Below are positions 8,654-14,669 of a stretch of DNA of 14,669 nucleotides, one piece after another. The notes beneath the pieces are model-generated. The model did no database searches and was not told where the DNA came from. It saw only the letters and a list, made by a program, of their open reading frames with translations. Position 1 is the stretch's first letter; every line of letters starts with the position of its first letter. A program made the position numbers and the translations under genes. Source of the DNA: Octopus sinensis (lineage: Eukaryota); contig NW_021825671.1 of the NCBI RefSeq assembly GCF_006345805.1, positions 1 to 14,669 on the forward strand, read 5' to 3'.

Positions 8654-8654
<1 letters not shown>

Positions 8655-8692
<38 letters not shown>

Positions 8693-9230
8693 TACTTCCT
8701 CCCACCCAACTCTCCTCTCTTGCCCCGACTCCTACTTCTCTTCACTCCTACTTCTCTTCACTCCTACTTCTCTTCACCCCTACTCTCTTTCCATCTTCTC
8801 TCTTACTCTCTTTCTCTCTTCTCTCCTCCTCTCTCTCCTCACATACCCATCTCCCCACCATAAGCCCACCCACCCGTACACATTCCTACTCCCCCTTCCC
8901 TATCCTTCACATCACCCAATCCCATCCCCCATCCTATCCCACATACCCCACCTCTACCCCCACCCTCTGCCTACCCACAAACCCCAACTCTACCCAACCC
9001 TCAGCCGAACCCACACCCCACCCGTGCTTTCCCCACTCTCACCCCACCTCCCAACACCATCACACCACACCACACTACACCATACAACATTACACATCAC
9101 ATCACAACACACGACCCACACACCAGTACTGACCAATTCCCATCCCCACATTTTCACACATACACGCACACGTCCAGACCACCAGCCCTCTTTCACACGC
9201 ACATACATACTCTCTCATACACACACGCAC
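8655..9230. repeat. (TA)n followed by a long degenerate C-rich low-complexity tract (CT to CCCA to CA gradient)
   Basis: The plus strand is nearly G-free over most of 8694-9230, with about 24 runs of 3 or more C between 8846 and 9052. Confidence 0.9.
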
Positions 9231-9578
9231 CTTTGTGTTGGGGGTCATCTTTACTTTGTTATCTCCCCTACTTTCTACTCGTGTGTGACCCTTCTGTCCG
9301 AGTCAAACGCCATGATAGATCGTTAGCCACTACAGACATTTTTTTCTCTCCTTGCTTCTCTCCTTGTTTTTTCTGTGTCCCTTTCTGTAGATGAGCGTAG
9401 GCTCGAAACGTAAAAGATTTTTTTCTGTTTGTTTTGTACACCACCTGTCTTCGTCTTTTGTTTTTTTCGTAAACTTTCCCTATATATATATATATTTGTG
9501 TGTGTGTGTGTGTGTGTAATTATCTGAAAAGTGTTTAAGCTGAAAACATGATAGTCTGTTATATTATCTTTCTTAATT

Positions 9579-9763
9579 CGGGCAAATGCTTGCCGGTTTT
9601 CGCCCGGCATTACGTTCGGAGTTCAAATTTCGCCGCGATCGACTTTGCCTTTCGTCCTATCGAGGTCGATAAAACAAGTACCAGTTGCACATTGGAATTG
9701 AAGTAATCATGTTATCCCCTTCTCCGAAATTCCTGGCCCCATGCAAAAAAATTTTTGAAAACT
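9579..9763 (+). mobile_element. 5'-truncated, diverged octopus tRNA-derived SINE (OK-like), short-tail variant
   Basis: cgggcaaatgcttgccgg...ttacgttcggagttcaaatttcgccgcgatcgactttgcctttcgtcctatcgaggtcgataaaacaagtaccag aligns with 8404-8627, then continues with the ccccttctccgaaattcctggcc...tttgaaaact tail as in the 4956-5798 copies. Confidence 0.82.
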
Positions 9764-10511
9764 ATATGATTTCATATTATATTTGTAAATATTTAGGTCA
9801 CATCCATTCCTTATTTCCTTTAAAATCGTACCTTCGCTGTTTCCTAATTTATCTTGATTATAATAGTGATAACATTATTCATTCAAAATCCAAACATCAT
9901 CATTTTCTATGCCTTGCTGCTATTCCTGGATCATGATTGTAATCGTACTTGCTACCAGCATGTTAAATAACCATCAATTTCCATCAACCGGCTTATAATC
10001 ATGTTTAGGATTCTAGAGCGATATTACGCTTTGGCTGCCTGATAGCAATGATATAACCTACGTGCCTTCAGTCTCTTAACTAAGAAACCGAATGCAAATA
10101 CGTAAGATATGGTATTTGGAAGGCTGGGTGAAAGATTTGAGATACAATCAGTTCGTATGTAATGAATTGCAATGGATTGTATGCATATAGCCTTGCCACT
10201 TTTCTCTTAAAATGCTTATACCTTACTGTAAATTCATATCATGGAGTAAGACTAATACGACATTCAAAGCAGAAGTAGTTCTGTGAATTCTGAGACGACC
10301 GGCCTGACTTTGGGAAGGCATAGCACCCGTTCAGCCACCCTGCCAGAGATACGGCGAAGTCACAGGACTGTAGCATGGCAAATTGTGAAGAGATAGCGGA
10401 AGAGCTAAACTAAGCCAACGGTGCTTCTTAAATTGAGTGTAAGAATCCTAGAACAGGCTCTATCAAGAGACCAACTGCAACGTATCTATAGGGGTGGTGT
10501 CCATGGTTATG

Positions 10512-10868
10512 TAATGAAAGATTGACTATGATTAATGAAAGATTGACTATGACTAATGAAAGATTGACTATGACTAAAGAAAGATTGACTGTGACTAATT
10601 AAAGATTGACTATGATTAATGAAAGATTGACCATGACTAAAGAAAGATTGACTATGACTAATGAAAGATTGACTATAACTAATTAAAGATTGACTATGAC
10701 TAATGAAAGATTGACCATGACTAAAGAAAGGTTGACTATGACTAATGAAAGATTGACTATGACTAATTAAAGATTGACTATGACTAATGAAAGATTGACC
10801 ATGACTAAAGAAAGGTTGGCCATGACTAATGAAAGAATCACTATGACTAATGAAAGATTCACTATAAC
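10512..10868. repeat. 21-bp minisatellite, 17 indel-free units (consensus TAATGAAAGATTGACTATGAC) with 84-bp higher-order period
   Basis: Units counted by hand every 21 bp from 10512 to 10848. The TAATT variant is at units 5, 9, 13; the CCATG variant at 6, 10, 14 (and 15); the TAAAG variant at 4, 7, 11, 15. Confidence 0.97.
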
Positions 10869-11759
10869 TCAAGCTCCCAATCCAAGTTCATTATAATGGA
10901 TCTGGATGGCGACAGAGAGTCATGGGAATCTGCGAAAGGAGCGATAAAAAGAAAAGCAAAAGCGTTGCGTTATGTTTTAGCTTTCATATTATCTTGTTGG
11001 TATTGTATAAGGGTCTCTCTGTAGCTTTAAAGTTTCTGTTTCAAATTAGTAGTCATGACAATGTTCAGTTCCCTTCAGAACTTGCAATAGACTCAATGGA
11101 TTTCTTTTTTTTGTTTTTTGCTTTTTTTTCTGAAAATAGTTAGGTGTCCTACAATCAGTCTTGTCAAAGTTTTCACTAAACGATCTGCAACGCTGGCCTA
11201 ACAATTCAAAGTATTGTGTTTACTAAGTATTATTTGTGTTCCCAGATAATTGCAAGATTGTTCTGGAGTTCTATACTGGTGATTGAAAAGAATGGCCATT
11301 TCGATCTTTTCAAAATATAAACAAATAAAATTAATTTTTTCGAACGTAAAATATTCATTGCGTTATACCTCAAACAAGCAATTATAACGACGAAATAATC
11401 CTTCTCAAATTAAAGTTAATTATTAACAACAACAAAAACAACGACCGCAACAACAAAACTAAATCAACAATAATTAGCTCCAGAGAGAAACATAGAGGTG
11501 GACAAGAATCGTAATAAAAATAGCAGTCAGGTGTGTTTCATATCACATCGCACAGTATTAAAGAAGGAAGGGTACTTTGGTTAGTGATGTTTCTAGATTT
11601 CGCCATGTTTGAAGTACAAACGTATAAACCGATATGGGATATGGCTGAATTGGAAAATTTACATTATAGGTCTGCAACTGTATTAGGGATGGCAAGGGAT
11701 TCAACTACTATAAAAGCAGCATCAACAACAGTAACAACCTGCAACAGGTGAAACACACG

Positions 11760-11937
11760 TTGATAATGATTGTTCTGATAATAATAATTAAATGTATGAT
11801 GAAGATAATGATAGCTAATGAGGATGATAAATGATTATTGATGATGATGATGATGATAATAATGATGATGATGATGATGATGATGATAGATGGATAGCTA
11901 GCTAGATAGGTAGGTAGATAGGTAGATAGGTAGATAA

Positions 11938-12018
<81 letters not shown>

Positions 12019-12480
12019 CAAATGGATAGATGTAGGTAATTAGGTCTGGGTGTGATTGTGTTGGTACTGGTGGTGGTGGTGGTGGTGGTGGTGGTGGTGG
12101 TGGTGGAGGCAGTCTACGTATGGTGAAAGTCTTTGTTGTTATTGTGTTGGTGGTGTTGGTGATCTTGGTGGTGGTGGTGGTGGTGGTGGTGGTGGTGGTG
12201 GTGGTAGTGATGGAAGTGGTCATGGTGGTGATCATGATGATGAAGATTACGATGATGGTGACGATAACGATGAGGATGAGGATGTTATTGAAGTTGATGA
12301 TGACGACGAAGACGATGACGATAAGGATGAAGGAGAACAAGAGGTAGTGGTAGTGGAGGAAGGGGAAGCAGAAGAAGAGAAGGAGGAGGAGGTGGACAGC
12401 GGGGAGGTGGACAGGTGGACAGTAGAAGGAAACGAAAAAGAAGTAGATGAACAACAGCAAAGAACAACAAGATGCGAAAG
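11760..12480. repeat. Cluster of (GAT)n, (GATA)n, (TGG)n and degenerate GAN/GGN triplet repeats
   Basis: (GATA)19 at 11941-12016; (TGG)13 at 12068-12106 and again at 12166-12204; cryptic triplet simplicity to about 12480. Generates the poly-P/T/G/W/D/E ORFs. Confidence 0.93.
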
Positions 12481-12639
12481 TGCAACAAAGAGAAAATAAT
12501 AACTAAAGCAGAGCCACCGGTTGGATTCTTATAAAACAAGAATATAGAGTATTTCTATTCTCCGTCAATATTTTTAATGAGCAAAAGAAGTTAGCAGCCA
12601 TATAATATAAAAAGGAAACATTCATATAAATTCATATAA

Positions 12640-12643
12640 ACAT

Positions 12644-12687
<44 letters not shown>

Positions 12688-12765
12688 ACACACACACACA
12701 CAAATGTGCCTGCATATATATAGATAGATAGAGAAATGGATACACACAAACATATATACATATAT

Positions 12766-12816
<51 letters not shown>

Positions 12817-12853
12817 AATAGAAACAAGAGAGAGAGAGAGAAATGGATGCATT

Positions 12854-12894
<41 letters not shown>

Positions 12895-13036
12895 GATGTA
12901 TCATAAAACCTAAGGGATACATATATATATACATGTGCATACTTATGCAAGCGTATATAGATTTCATAAATGAATGTGAAAGTATATATTCATATATTAT
13001 ATATATATATATTATTATATACACAATATATATACA

Positions 13037-13077
<41 letters not shown>

Positions 13078-13216
13078 TATATTATACATATAATATATAT
13101 ACATACATATATATATATATATATTATATATATATACATATATCATATATATATATATATTATATATATATATATATATATTTCTAATATATATATATAT
13201 ATATAGATTATATATC

Positions 13217-13249
<33 letters not shown>

Positions 13250-13320
13250 CACACACATGTATATACGTACATATATATGCGCAGACATATCCATATATAT
13301 ATATAGAATTCACATCTGCA
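12640..13320. repeat. Large compound (CA)n/(TA)n/(GA)n/(GATA)n microsatellite
   Basis: Directly visible; degenerate TA array at about 12990-13250. Explains the stack of Y/I/C/V ORFs. Confidence 0.95.
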
Positions 13321-13609
13321 TAAACATATATATACAAAGAAATAAAAAAGGAATATATAGGAAAAAATACAGATAATATGAATGATATTTCGTAATCCAA
13401 CTAGGAGCAGTGGGACGGGAAGGCAAAGCAGTGGTAATATTAATAATTGAAAAGCTAGACGGAAACCTACAACTAATACAGTTATACTCTCTACATGTAA
13501 TTTCATTAAAAACTTGCGAGCAATATATTGTTACATATAATTGCATTATAATTTGATTTGCTGACGTCGACGCAGCCATCGCCGTTGTCGTTGCAGGCTT
13601 TCTTATTAT

Positions 13610-13800
13610 TATATACGTTTTTTTTTTGTTTTTTTATTTGTGTTGATGGTGGTTGTCTTGGTGTTGTCTGATTGTTTCTTTCTGAGGTTGTTTTGTTTCT
13701 CCGTTGTGCTTGGATTATTTATTTAGGTTTTTTTTTTACCCTCTCTTTGTTTTTTTTCTTTCTTTTTTGTTTGTTTGTTTTCTTTTGTTCCATTTCAGAT
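13610..13800. repeat. T-rich low-complexity tract
   Basis: Runs of T interspersed with G/C; boundaries approximate. Confidence 0.8.
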
Positions 13801-13904
13801 TGTTGGAGGGTTTGATTTTCGGGGTTCTTTTGGTGAATTCGTTATTTTAATTTATATTCTGATTACGTTCAATTATACATACTTCGCCAGATGAAGAATA
13901 TATT

Positions 13905-14067
13905 AGGCATACATACATATGTATGTATATATATGAATTTCTTTACATATTTACATATACATATATTCAATATATATGCATTTATATAAATATGTATGAA
14001 TTTAGTCATACACACATACATATATAAATACATATATTCATACATATATACATACATAGATGCATAC

Positions 14068-14110
<43 letters not shown>

Positions 14111-14207
14111 TTCTAGTGTGTATGTGTGATGTGTGTGTGTGCCGCCGGACCTCTCAAATTTGAATTAATTTGAATGTTGGCTTAACAGCTTTCATATTGA
14201 CATATAT

Positions 14208-14249
<42 letters not shown>

Positions 14250-14350
14250 ATATATATATTATGTATGTATATATATACATGTATGTATATATATATACAG
14301 TATGTATATGTGTGTATGTATATGCACAACATTATATATATCCTTATATA
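13905..14350. repeat. Compound (TACA)n/(TATG)n/(TA)n/(TG)n microsatellites
   Basis: Directly visible; includes the perfect 20-bp palindrome atacatacatatgtatgtat at 13909-13928. Confidence 0.92.
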
Positions 14351-14569
14351 TGTATACACACAAAAATATTCTCCACATTTCCTCTCGATTTTTCTTGCTC
14401 AACTTGCTTAGTTATGTGCACGAAATTAAAATTAAAAGTATATACGGACATGGTTTTATGTATGTGTGCGTGATTCCGATGTGGCATTCATATACAAAGG
14501 GAATTATGTTAATACACAGAAAAGAATGCACAATGAGCATGTGCAAACAAAGACACTTAACTACGTTTG

Positions 14570-14669
14570 ATATATATATGTATATATATATATATATATA
14601 ATATATATATATATATAATATATGTATGTATGCATATATGTATGTTTATGTTTCTACATATGTATGCTT
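14570..14669. repeat. (TA)n/(TATG)n microsatellite running off the window
   Basis: Directly visible. Confidence 0.92.

Noticed and set aside
10260-10960. Complex flanks of the minisatellite as a coding or TE remnant
   Set aside because: All frames I translated contain stops and show no recognisable motif.
11130-11310. Minus-strand NYLGTQI peptide resembling non-LTR RT domain 7 (YLG at 11240-11248)
   Set aside because: A single short motif with an in-frame stop nearby; too weak without a profile search.
13310-13579. 89-aa minus ORF starting MAASTSA in a locally GC-rich context
   Set aside because: It degenerates into I/Y/F low complexity, with no homology or splice support.
390-14601. The many ORFs rich in YI, CV, HT, LS or YLSI repeats
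   Set aside because: They are direct translations of (TA)n, (TG)n, (CA)n, (CT)n and (GATA)n microsatellites, which lack stop codons in some frames.

Overview
Eukaryotic, AT-rich, microsatellite-saturated DNA with no recognisable intact gene. The tRNA-derived SINEs match, from memory, the abundant octopus families (OK/OR1/OR2 type), so this is most likely an intronic or intergenic stretch of an Octopus (coleoid cephalopod) genome. Almost all ORFs in the supplied track are translation artefacts of (TA)n, (TG)n, (GATA)n and (GGT)n repeats or of SINEs. Supported content: six SINE copies of two families; one of them sits between a perfect 14-bp target-site duplication inside a probable degenerate CRE-like LINE reverse-transcriptase remnant; three form a head-to-tail trimer with a nested 94-96-bp/25-bp internal amplification; and a 17 x 21-bp minisatellite with an 84-bp higher-order period. 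The most interesting unexplained part is the complex segment at about 4050-4780. It has three phase-compatible candidate minus-strand exons, and both ends of one candidate intron lie in hairpins; the donor hairpin pairs well only on the minus strand. All calls are by eye, with no database or folding software used.
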